A stretch of 33,000 nt of DNA, taken from positions 38,936,001-38,969,000 of the forward strand of contig OZ286474.1 of the NCBI GenBank assembly GCA_965644265.1, in the 5' to 3' direction. A program made the translations under genes and the position numbers. The notes under the pieces were generated by a model that saw only the letters and a program-made list of their open reading frames with translations, was not told the DNA's origin and did not search any database. Positions 23,137 through 33,000 of the stretch are shown here, in pieces. Each line of letters begins with the position of its first letter. Positions within the stretch are counted from its first letter, which is position 1. The DNA is from Glycera tridactyla (taxonomy: Eukaryota).

Positions 23137-23974
23137 AAGTAAAACCTCTCCTGAGCGACCACCCTACTCAAGAAATTAATGCACTCTTCAGGGATTTCTG
23201 TAAATGTGTTATATTTCATCAAATTCGCCATTGGAATGTTGATACAACCAGGATTTGTTATGGGAACTGAGAAACCCATACATATTATTACGGATCAGCT
23301 TGTGAGCTTTCAATTTGCAAAATATTCGGTCACCCCAACCACCTGTGAAGCCGTTGCCATGGCAACAAAATAAAAAAAAAATCATTCAATTCTGGGTTGT
23401 TTTGACCCAGCGCAGGACCAATCAATATAGGGTTTATAGAATCACATTTGGTACACAATTACTCAATTTATGCTGCTTTTCCCCACTTTGCTGGCACAAT
23501 CTTTAGTTAGGTCCTGAAATTCAAGAAAATATCATTTCTATGATGATTTCAAGCAGGATTTTCACATTTTCTGCAACAGAAGTAGGTTTTGTGAGAAATA
23601 TATTTCCTGATGAAAAATTGTGCCAATGCCTGATTATCAGGCCCTCATGGCTGCAAATTTTGATATCAAATTTTTGATGGTCCTGCGCTAGGCCTGAATA
23701 TATAAATTTGATTATAATTCCCACTTTTGTTGCCATGGCGATAGGTCAGAAGTGATAGCCTCGAATTAAATTTTGAACTTGCAATTTGGGGACATGTGTG
23801 CCCTTCAAGAAGATGTATGGTGTTTCATGCATCATTCGGAAAGTTGGGACACACAGCACTGGTAAATCAACACTTTAATGACATTTTCAGGGATGGGTAA
23901 AAGTGCATTAATCACCTGTCATGCAAAAGTGGTCACTCGCAAAAGATGGTCGCTCGACTAGGTCTGGCCTCCTG
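23137..23974. mobile_element. Degenerate pogo-like MITE (GCGACC/GGTCGC motifs) interrupted by a TTAA-flanked element
   Basis: AGTAAAACCTCTCCTGAGCGACCACC at the left. AAGTGGTCACTCGCAAAAGATGGTCGCTCG at the right. Confidence 0.5.
23180..23907. mobile_element. TTAA-flanked element with TGCACT termini (728 bp)
   Basis: TTAA|TGCACTCTT...AAAAGTGCA|TTAA. Internal inverted GTTGCCATGGC motifs. Confidence 0.55.
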
Positions 23975-25012
23975 ACATACATATACATAAAGAATACTGA
24001 CATTATCGTTCACTGATGAACATCGATACTTGCCAAATATTTCACAAAATGCACGCAAACGGTATAAAACAGAAATATACATATGTGATTGAGATTACAA
24101 AAATCTGCAGATTTGTGAACCAATCACATCGCTGATAGTTAGTTCCCCTTTCTATCATACAATGGCTGCCCTCTGAGAGCCTCCAAAACATCCTAGGATC
24201 TGAGAAATAATTGTATCCCTACTGCTTGTGGAATTGTCAATGATGTTGAGAGACAAGACAAAATCACCAGGAGCTTGTACATGTGACAACTTTGAACTTG
24301 AATATTATGCAATCCCCTTTATAAAACACCTTTTCATTGAGCCCACCTGTTCCATTGGGCTGTCCAGAAAAAAACCCTTCTGTGATGATGCGATGCATGG
24401 ATCTACTGCTGGCTGGACAATTGCACCTATTTTTAGAACACTGCACACAGATTCATATAATCTACTTCTCTGTGATTTACTAGATTCATGGCTCATGTCA
24501 AAGCCAGGTCAAATGTCAGCTGTCGCCAGTATGATTACAGGGATGCCACAGCATAACTTTTCACAAAGCTTTTTGGCGAGTAACGACCATTATTCTTCAC
24601 CGGTTGCCTGTAGATTCTTGCATCTTTATGGCGCCATACTGTGAGGGAGTGTATGTACCGACTCCAGACACTTGTACAAAATCCTTTGAGAGCTTCACGC
24701 TTCACACATGAGACTAAGAACATTAACTGAATATATATACATATCTGCAGTTGAACCAAATCCACTTAGGGTTTTTCCTCACCAGAAACTTTGCCTATAT
24801 GTTCAACCCTTCACACATTGATAAATGCAAGTGCACTAAAACAGAATTTCCTGAAACCTGACCAAATTTCCTGAAACTACCTCCCCATACTTTTTAAAGG
24901 GCCAGATTTATAACTTTCAGCCCAATTTCCAAAAACTTTTGGATTTTTGAGTTTGTGACGAATTTCCTGAATTTCCGAGACAAAATGACATATAACGCCC
25001 CTGTGCATGACC

Positions 25013-25122
25013 GATTGATTAATTTGAATTTGTTGACATGGATGAACCCATATGTACGCTGTGGATTCCTGATCTATCAATGCTGCATGCTGTCTTCTGC
25101 AGACATCACTCACACAGCTGCT
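25013..25122 (-). mobile_element. Degenerate family R fragment
   Basis: GATTGATT tail..GAACCC..CTGCAGACATCACTCACACA. Confidence 0.6.
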
Positions 25123-25379
25123 GGCAGAGAGTCACTTCAGATCTACTGTGACTAGAAGGGTCCTCTCACGAGAGGTTTCAATCTCTTCATTCTTGCCTTT
25201 GATGTACAGTGGCTACTCATACATCCCCATTAATGACCATTTGCAAGAATACAGAGCTCTGTGATCTCTGCCATCATGCACTGCCGCCTTGTGATTATGA
25301 AACACACACTTGATACAGCCTCTAGTTTTTCCGTCGGAGACGGTACTATTTTCACTTTGGGATTCCCACTTAATCTAGA

Positions 25380-26090
25380 CATTACTATCGTCTTTTTCAC
25401 GGGGGCAGATTCGCCAAGATTTGACAATGTTTAATGCACATGTTCTGTGAGCGACCGTTTGTAAATGATCGCTATTAAATCATCAGAATCGAACTGAAGC
25501 TGCTTGAAAGATGTGTGAAATGTGTGAGAAACAGTAATTTTCGCGTGAAACATTGCCAAATTCGGTCATAGTAGATATACTGACCTTGTGAGAACGTTTG
25601 AAACGAAAAATATATTATTGAAAGCGACTCTTGGCGGATTAACAGAGCATCATTAGCGGGAAACCCCTCCGTGACGTCATATCAGCGTGGCCAAAGATTG
25701 CCGAACCGTACGCAAAAGACCCAAACACTAGCTGAGCACCAGCCGAATGATCCCGAACACTAGCCGAGCATTGCCGAATCGACTGTCAATGATTTCTTGG
25801 GTCATCTCCAAAAGTTTCGTTAGCGATTGATAGTTCACTATTTCTGGCGAATATACGATGGATTCATGCAATTTATACATGGGTCATACACAGCTGGATA
25901 TGAAATACTTCACGACTGTATGCTGCCCCCAGCGACTGTGGCCGGGATCCCTTCAATCACGGCGATTTTTTTCGTACACAATAGTAGAAGAAACACGTGA
26001 GCGTGAGCATTCTTCAAAGAGATGCGTGCGTAGTGTCCCCTGGCGGCGACGATGGGGAACTACACATTCTCGAATAATGGCGGGGAATTC
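25380..26090. promoter_or_regulatory. CpG-rich island, possible promoter / first-exon region
   Basis: High CpG with no bounding TIR or TSD found. TGACGTCA at 25672-25679, CACGTG at 25994-25999, CTCF-like CCGCCAGGGGACACTA on the minus strand at 26031-26046. Candidate minus-strand GT-AG intron at 25503-25584. Confidence 0.35.
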
Positions 26091-26117
26091 AAATTAAATT
26101 TTCGTTTTCTCAGTCAA

Positions 26118-26184
26118 TCTCTGTCTCTCTCTGTCTCTGTCTGTCTGTCTCTGTCTCTCTCTGTCTCTGTCTCTCTCTCTCTCT
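26118..26184. repeat. (TC)n/(TCTG)n microsatellite
   Basis: Directly visible. Confidence 0.97.
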
Positions 26185-26537
26185 CCACACCATGCATTTT
26201 CTCTTTTTAAATTACCACCTCTCCGCTGTAGATCGACGACCATCCTTCTTTTTGAATGAATTTCTTGTTTATTACTGACACATACTTTGTTCACAACCAT
26301 GATGCAGATGTGACAATGATGCAGCTGATCCAACCCTTGACAAACAAGAATATTGAGATTGAAAGTCTTTTATTTTTAATCACAACGGATGCACAATGGT
26401 ATACACGATATAAATGATCAAATACACCCGTAATGGGTGAAATCATGTAATTGAAAGTAATCAGATATATTGTATATCGATTGACGAAAATTACAGTGAG
26501 TGATGATTACGATGTTTGCAATCAACCAATGAGAAAA

Positions 26538-26950
26538 GTCTACAAGATTCTGCTGCTTACCTATAAATCACTGCACAACAGGGCACTGAAGTATATTCAA
26601 AACCTACTAAAAGTGCACAGGCAATCTGGCATGAGTACACGATCCCACCAAGCAATCATCCTGAAAGTGCCTCCAAAGTCCCATCTCCGCACTTATTAGG
26701 GGACCGTGCATTTTACATAGTAGCACCCACTCTCTGGAATCTTCTACCAATCTCAGTCCTCCAGTGTGAAACCCTTGAAACTTTCCAGTCATGTCTGGAG
26801 ACGTAGCTCCTCATTGTCTTCAGGGCAGCATAGGAATGAGCCAAGAGAAGCTTTTCCAGTCATATGGCTGATCAAGCAAGTTCCTTTGAGCAGGGACTAC
26901 CCCTGATGATATGGCGCTATATAAATGCCACACATTATGATCATTTATCA
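26538..26950 (+). mobile_element. L2-clade LINE 3' end (ORF2 C-terminus plus 3'UTR)
   Basis: YKILLLTYKSLH..KYIQNLL..TRS...ILKVP...LRTY/GDRAFYIVAPTLWNLLP...ETFQSCLET with one 2-nt frameshift. This matches the L2 pattern FKILLLTYK..YGDRAF..AP.LWN.LP. Ends GCGCTATATAAATG..ATT-rich tail. Confidence 0.88.
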
Positions 26951-26954
26951 TATT

Positions 26955-26982
26955 GGGGGGTGGGGGGGTTGGGGGGGGGGGG
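26955..26982 (+). repeat. G-tract G6-T-G7-TT-G12
   Basis: Directly visible. Confidence 0.9.
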
Positions 26983-27323
26983 TCTTGCAAAAAATACCAG
27001 GATCCATGAAATTGCCATGATATTAATGGACAGCATCTTTGATAATGTTGATGGAATTTTCACCAACATGTGTCTCTGGGTGGTGTATCCATCAAAGGCT
27101 GGATATTGGCGAGATCAAAGCAGCGTCCCTGATTGTATCCAGGGATTCGTATCTGATGAATGAGGCCACTCATACACATGCAATATCATAATAGTACATG
27201 TGATCAAACAGGATGAGATTCATTTATACCCAGGCATCTGACCTTGACCCAATTATATATATTGATCAGCCAAGAGAAAACATGAAGATCGACTTATCAT
27301 GGCAACATGGCATATACCAGTAC

Positions 27324-27986
27324 AGTCGAACCTCTACAAAGACCGCCTTTGGTCGCATCAAAGAGTGGCCTTCATAGGGAGGTAGTCTTTACAGAGAGGT
27401 TATCTACTATTGAGAGTTGCGTGGTGTAGTGGTAGCGTCTTCACACTTGACCCAAATGTAGAACAGTTGTGGCTGCAGCTAGTCGTGGGATGGGTGACCA
27501 CGGCAGGGTGTGAGGATGCAGTGAGAAGCAGTATGGGCGAACCATACACTACACTAACAGTCACAAACTACAAGTGTGGTGTGGGGAAATGAGGCATGAG
27601 CTACACACCACCAGGGCTGGGTGATGGTGTGAGCACCTATCTGGGATCTGAAAACAATGATCCTAGGTCAGCAGTGGTGCTTTAATAAGTGCCTACAAAA
27701 ACCAGCTACACCGATACCCCTCCTCAGCATACACACACATGCAGGCACAAGAGAGGAGGTTCACAATTCAATCACAGGCAGAGGGTACCACCCTGCCAAG
27801 ATTAGACCTGTCACCCATGAATAGCTAACAGCAGGACTGGGAATGTCAGGACCTTCGTGCTCTGACAGTGGTACTGGACTGAGATCAGTCAAAACAGTCA
27901 ACCAAACCAAACCAAACCAAAATATAACATGGTTGCAGCTGAGGGTTTACTTTATAGAGATGTGGACTTTAGAGGAGGTTTGACTG
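27324..27986 (+). mobile_element. Family B MITE split by a SINE
   Basis: Left half TA|CAGTCGAACCTCT..GAGGTTATCTACTATTGA (to ~27415). Right half CATGGTTGCAGCTGAGGG..GAGGAGGTTTGACTG|TA (from ~27928). Confidence 0.85.
27416..27922 (+). mobile_element. SINE (~505 bp) with tRNA-like A box, 5S-like segment and (AACCA)n tail
   Basis: TGGTGTAGTGG at 27422-27432. TAGTCGTGGGATGGGTGACC at 27480-27499 (16/20 to 5S rRNA TAGTACTTGGATGGGAGACC). Tail ACCAAACCAAACCAAACCAAA. Confidence 0.7.
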
Positions 27987-27995
27987 TACTCTTAA

Positions 27996-29028
27996 CCCTT
28001 TGCGTCATGAAAGCCGTGACGTTGCGACTATTTGGCGTATGAATGCATCATGAGTGAGCCTTTGCTAGCATCGAGTGCGCCATGACGTGACAGCTGTCAC
28101 TTGCATACATTCACAAGCAGAGTCACGACAGAACATCAAGAAATTAGCGTTTCTTCTGAGGCGCCCCACACTCGCAATAATAGTTAGAAACTCACCAAAA
28201 AATTTGCCTGGGCTGATTGGAAGATGCTGTAATCGATGATCACCTCGGATTTTCGATCAGACAAGGGTAAATAGTATTGGCGAGCTGTCAAACAAGGGTG
28301 GTATCACGGGAAAAACGGATGAACGAGCTGAAAAATCATGACCTTGTCGGCTTGTCACTCACACCACGCCGAAAGTATAAGAGATATATGAATGAATTTT
28401 ATATCAAAAAAATCCTAGGAATATTGCGCAGAATAATGCGCAAATGATTTGATTCTATATCTTATAATTTTTCCGATGGCGGCCGTGGAACTTTCCGTGT
28501 TCCTTCCGTACCTCTCGTCTTCATTGCGGATTTCGATAAGATATATTTGTTTGATATGATAGTTGGAATAATAAATCCCGGAAATATGACGTATATTGGC
28601 TGTAAATCCATGGTGAAGACCAGTGCTATGAAGCGCCATTTGCCGGTTTTGGGCTTCCTTCTTGAGTCTAGACTCCCACAATTTCTTTGTGACGGATGTT
28701 GATACCGGCTTCCTCCAGCCTACTACGCCATCATTTCTTGTTGGGATCGCTGGGAAATCCTCCAATTATCGCCACAAGAACGGGTTCTTCACGTTGGTAT
28801 ACAGTTCATAGCGATATTCGAAGGGTAAGCCCTCCAAACCGTCGTTTCCGTGTAGTATATGCTTGTTCTCAATCGTGTTTTTTTGCGCCATGTTGTAATA
28901 CGCCATGACGCATCGCATGCATAATCTGCTATATGACGATATACGTCTTATGCATAATCAGCTGTATGTAAAAATACGTCTTATGCATAATCGGCTATAC
29001 GTCAAAATACGTCACATGGCGCAAAGGG
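27996..29028. mobile_element. Non-autonomous piggyBac-like element, 1033 bp
   Basis: TTAA|CCCTTTGCGTCATG...CATGGCGCAAAGGG|TTAA (13/14 TIR). CpG-rich. No DDD transposase motif recognised. Confidence 0.92.
28917..29015. repeat. 3 x 33-bp subterminal tandem repeat of the piggyBac-like element
   Basis: Units start at 28917, 28950 and 28983 (ATGCATAATCNGCT...AATACGTCTT). Confidence 0.92.
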
Positions 29029-29249
29029 TTAATGCTAGCAGTCAATACCATCAGCAGGTGTAGCTATCTAAAAGCTGGATTATAGATGAGAATGTCACCC
29101 TTCCTCTTCATCATTCTTTATACATGTTTCTGCTGGAGTCTCACAATAACAAATTTGATGGTTAGTTGGTTCATACAGTTTTCACTGGCATCAAGTACCT
29201 CTCAGGTTTCAAATAAAATGTTCTTATTCTTATTCTTATTCTTATGCCA

Positions 29250-29335
29250 TCCATGACTGATCTATGGAAGCTGGATACTGTGCTGCCTGCAGGCATCAAG
29301 GCATCATTCTAACAAACCCTGAACAAAATATAACG
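29250..29335 (-). mobile_element. Degenerate family R fragment
   Basis: CCTGCAGGCATCA..AACAAACCCTGAACAAAA. Confidence 0.55.
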
Positions 29336-29564
29336 AGGAATAAATGTGCATCATGCCCAAAAACTTTTTGTGGTCCTTAAGACGTCATTTCTTTTTAAAA
29401 ATAATCTTGATAATTTTTCGGTACTACTGAGAGGAATATACCTCACAAATATGTAGAAGTTCCTTACCATTCAATGAAGAAATGGCCACAGAAAGAAGAA
29501 GCCTATTCAGCACACAAATATAAATTCAAGCATGAGGAAACAGGGTCAACATGCAGTCACAGGT

Positions 29565-29678
29565 GAAGACATGTCACGCATGAATAGCTAACAGTGGCAT
29601 TCAGAACCATTTGGGACCTGTAGTACATGTGTTACTTGACTAAATTGACATAATAACAGTCAAAACAGTCAAACAAAA
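29565..29678 (+). mobile_element. 3' fragment of the 27416-27922 SINE family
   Basis: GTCACGCATGAATAGCTAACAG..CAGTCAAAACAGTCAAACAAA matches 27809-27905. Confidence 0.7.
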
Positions 29679-30794
29679 TAGAGAGGTCCAATTCTCAGTA
29701 ACATTAGCACTCCATAAAGCAAGTCATTTTTGTGAAATCAGCCACTAAAAGCATAGTCCCACTGAGAATGCGCAATTGACTGGCCAGCAATATTGTATAT
29801 GCTACTACGTGACATGACCGTAGGTAGGTAAGCTATCCTGAGAGTCACGTTGATGGAGATTGTTTCCTGTGATCCCACCCTGCACACTAGTACCACGCAG
29901 CAGCATGGGGTGAAGGATGATCTATACCCGCACTACTACTTCCATAATCTAAAGTCCATTCCACTCTCAACATTTTTTTCTGTTTTATAAACATTTTTCC
30001 AGCAAAAACTGCCCCCCCCCCCACAGGTCATTGTAAGTTAGATTTTCTGAAATTTCAATGATCTTTTCACGATCCATACAATCACTAATTCAGTAATTCA
30101 GATTCCCCTCCACTTCTTAGATTTTTTTTCTGTTTGTTATCGAAAATTTTCCTGCAATAGCTGCCCCACAGGGTTTATTGGGAGTGAAATTTTTCTGAAA
30201 TTTCATTCCTTTACCTGACCCAAACTTTTACCTCAACTAGCCTCTCACATAATTTCACAACTGATGATGGTATATCACCCATGGTAAATGGTCTTAACAA
30301 TGGTCTGCAGGAAGACCACTTTTTTGACAACCTTTTTGGCAACTAACCCTGTAACCTGTTCAATGAAAGTGATACTCATAGAGGTAAAAGTATCCAGCTC
30401 TTAAAGAATTGGAACACACCATGTATAATCCTACAGGTTGAGACCAACCAAACAACTGAACAACCAACCAATCAACTCTTGACAGATCTCAATGACTTAT
30501 GCAAAAAGCTAGGGACCATTATAACGAGTTTCCAGAGAATCCCATTGCTGTCTGCATGACACCAAAATGCACTCTACCTAGTGACCCCCTACCACACAAT
30601 TTCAGCAACACCCATTTCCCGGTTCCCTGCCAGCAAATCTGGGAAGGTTAAGAGGATTTCAATGTAGAGCAATATCATCTGACATGTTCTGCTTGACCTG
30701 ACCACATCTGCATGCTACCTGCCTGCCACCAGTCTTAAATTTGTCAAGCACTAAAGATGCTGGCATACCTCACTCTCACTGCATGTTTATTGGT

Positions 30795-31230
30795 TTGGTT
30801 GATTGAATGATTGTTTGATGTTTAACAATATGTATCATCCCAGAGGATCATGTATGACGTGTGCTCCTGGTTAAAGAAAACTAGATGTTCGCTCACATGC
30901 AAGCATCACCCTCACAAACCATGAGCGCAAGATGATGGGGAAGCTGAAAGGTGTCAAGTGGAAGTAGCTGACAGATCAGACACACCTCTCCCCACTCCAC
31001 ATTAACATATCAAACCTAGCAACGGCATATCCACTCCAGCCTGACAGCAAGGCTTTCTTTTTAGGCAAAGTGCAGCTTTTGAAACATGAGAAAGCATTTG
31101 GTTAGTAGAATACTCAACCAATGTGTTCAATTATGACCTGTCAACTTTAATCAACTTTACAATTATGGGTGCCCTATGCAGTACAATGCCATCACACAAT
31201 CAAGAAAGCCCAGTTGCAGCCCTACTAGCC
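30795..31230 (-). mobile_element. Family R retroelement, long copy
   Basis: Collinear with 7721-8192, including GCAGTACAATGCCATCACACAA and GCAGCCCTA. Confidence 0.85.
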
Positions 31231-31445
31231 ATGTAATATGAAGGTTTTTCTCAAATAAAAACCTCTGCAGATTCATTACTGGACGACCAGATTCTGGGAT
31301 GATTTTTAAAATTTCTTCAGAGTTAGGATATAGTCAAGTGACTCGAAGTGTGATCGTGATGATGTCTACCTGTATATTTGATTCCCAGTGTACCAACCAT
31401 ATCAATTTCGCATAGTTTTCATGATGAAGGCTGCAGAAATATGTA

Positions 31446-31576
31446 CAGTCGAACCTGCTCTAAAGACCACCTCTCTATAAAGACCACCTGAGCTGCGACC
31501 GTGGTAGTATCTTCAACAGTAAATTACCTCTCTATAAAGACCACCTGCCCATAAAGACCGCTTTTTGATGCGACCG
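31446..31576 (-). mobile_element. Family B MITE, inverted and truncated
   Basis: TA|CAGTCGAACCTGCTCTAAAGACCACCTCTCTATAAAGACC. The other end is missing. Confidence 0.85.
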
Positions 31577-31863
31577 CACAAACATCAACCGATAACATCA
31601 GCAGATTGACTGTCAAAATGCAATGAAATTGAGGTGTATGCCATTCAGAAGCAGGCATACTATCTGAAACCTGGCTGGATAATCAGCAGATATTCTGTTC
31701 TATGCTAATCTCTATAATCAGAACCCAAAATGGACAGGAATTCATAAAATTCACAAAACCAAGATATAATTTGTATACCTCACATCATACCTTATATTGG
31801 ATTTGACAGACATAGGTTCAAATGAAGACTTTCAAAAGTTTCACCTAGAAGAGTCATGGTGTA

Positions 31864-31989
31864 CGGTCAAAGTTCATGCTTAGTAGAGGTCAATTATAGA
31901 GGAAAAATACTCTGATGGGGTGATGGAAAATCTCATGCTTGGGGCAGGTTTTTGCTTAGTACAGGTCTTTCCCAGGACAAGTTTGACTG
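31864..31989 (+). mobile_element. Family C MITE, left-truncated
   Basis: AAGTTCATGCTTAG..GGTCAATTA..CAGGACAAGTTTGACTG matches 19229-19408. Confidence 0.8.
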
Positions 31990-32199
31990 TATTACAACAA
32001 TACAACATCATATTATGTCTCACCCATCAACAAACATGCTGTCTACTTGGAGGTACAAGCAGCAATACAACATTTTCTATATCACTCACCAGCAAATATG
32101 GCATCTAATAATCTATGGATTGAGAGCCTTGGGAGTCATTTACTCTCTGTGGCCAAATGGGTTTTTCTCTACCAATAATTCAATGAAGCAAGCTAGGTT

Positions 32200-32690
32200 A
32201 AGGATGAAGGATATATCCCTGCTGTTGACCCTTCCATCCCCATATTCTATATCCCTCATCGATGATGGAATGGCTTATTCACATCAATTTCATCCAAAAA
32301 AAATCTGTGAATCTTTCTAAAAAATGACATGATAATGACGATGAGAATTAAAATTATCCGGATCATTGTTTGGACATTGGGAGATTGAATAATTGATATC
32401 AGTAGCACGAAAAAGCTGAGAGAGGAGGAGATGAAATACTAGATGGTGGTGAAAGAGTTAATCCACTAATCCATCTCTAAATCCCTCTACAGCCTTGCTC
32501 TATAAGACTCATAATGTGCCAGAGAATGGTGGGGGTCAGTTTTGCCGTTAAATCATCACTCATAACGTCAGCTATGATTACCTCACCCAGGCACCAAACT
32601 CCCCTCCGTCAACTCTCTTCTAGTCTCTCTCAAACCACAGGCTACTTCCAGTTTTTTCAAGTCACAGATTATGACTCTATGACCCTCAAT
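32200..32690 (-). mobile_element. Decayed LINE endonuclease-domain remnant
   Basis: Ordered degenerate motifs: IEGHRVI, RD*KRVDGGE (RDR..GGG), TILWHIM, SGLTLSPPSS (G..YRPP), GGATAATTTTAAT (GDFN-like), GYILH (NILD-like). Confidence 0.45.
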
Positions 32691-33000
32691 GGTCATGGTC
32701 ATGTCTGGACCCACTTCCAATGTGATTTTAGTTGAATGATCAAAACCTTGCTAATATTTTACTTTTTAAAGAAAATGCAGATTTGTGTGCGAGTTTCTGC
32801 CCCAAATCTGCCATTTGGAAAAAAAATACAGCATATGAACCCTGAACTTTGTGGAGGTCAGTTATTATTGTAACGTCATCAGGCCGTGATGGACAATTGT
32901 CAGGCTCTGTTTTTCTGCATAATGTGCATTTATATCTTATTATACAATCACTTCTCATTTGTTCATCAGTGATGTTCATCGGTCGCAACTTACATGAATT

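Noticed and set aside
24766-25002. Possible TIR element with AATTTCCTGAA repeats
   Set aside because: The ends (TAGGGTT / CAGGGGC) do not match and there is no TSD, so boundaries are unsupported.
26094-26333. ORF with an ERERDRDR tract
   Set aside because: It is a translation of the (GA)n microsatellite.

Overview
This is animal-type, AT-rich, largely CpG-depleted non-coding DNA. A marine invertebrate source is likely, but that is inference from the repeat types. It is densely packed with small non-autonomous transposons and contains one 194-N assembly gap. I could not confidently identify any host protein-coding gene, rRNA, tRNA or CRISPR array. Most supplied ORFs are chance frames or lie inside repeats. 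Supported features: about 20 TA-flanked pogo/Tigger-like MITEs of at least 5 families; a 931-bp hAT-like element with a perfect 8-bp TSD; a 1033-bp piggyBac-like element (TTAA, CCC ends); several CAGGG/CAGTG-ended elements with apparent 5-6-bp TSDs; two CAC-ended EnSpm-like elements; a 5'-truncated retroelement family; one SINE with a tRNA-like A box and a 5S-like segment; and decayed L2/CR1 LINE fragments. The most unusual observations are a ~340-bp internal module shared between the hAT-type and piggyBac-type shells, a 164-codon frame broken by one stop inside the piggyBac-like element, non-canonical TSD lengths, and a readable nesting chronology. All alignments and identities were estimated by eye.
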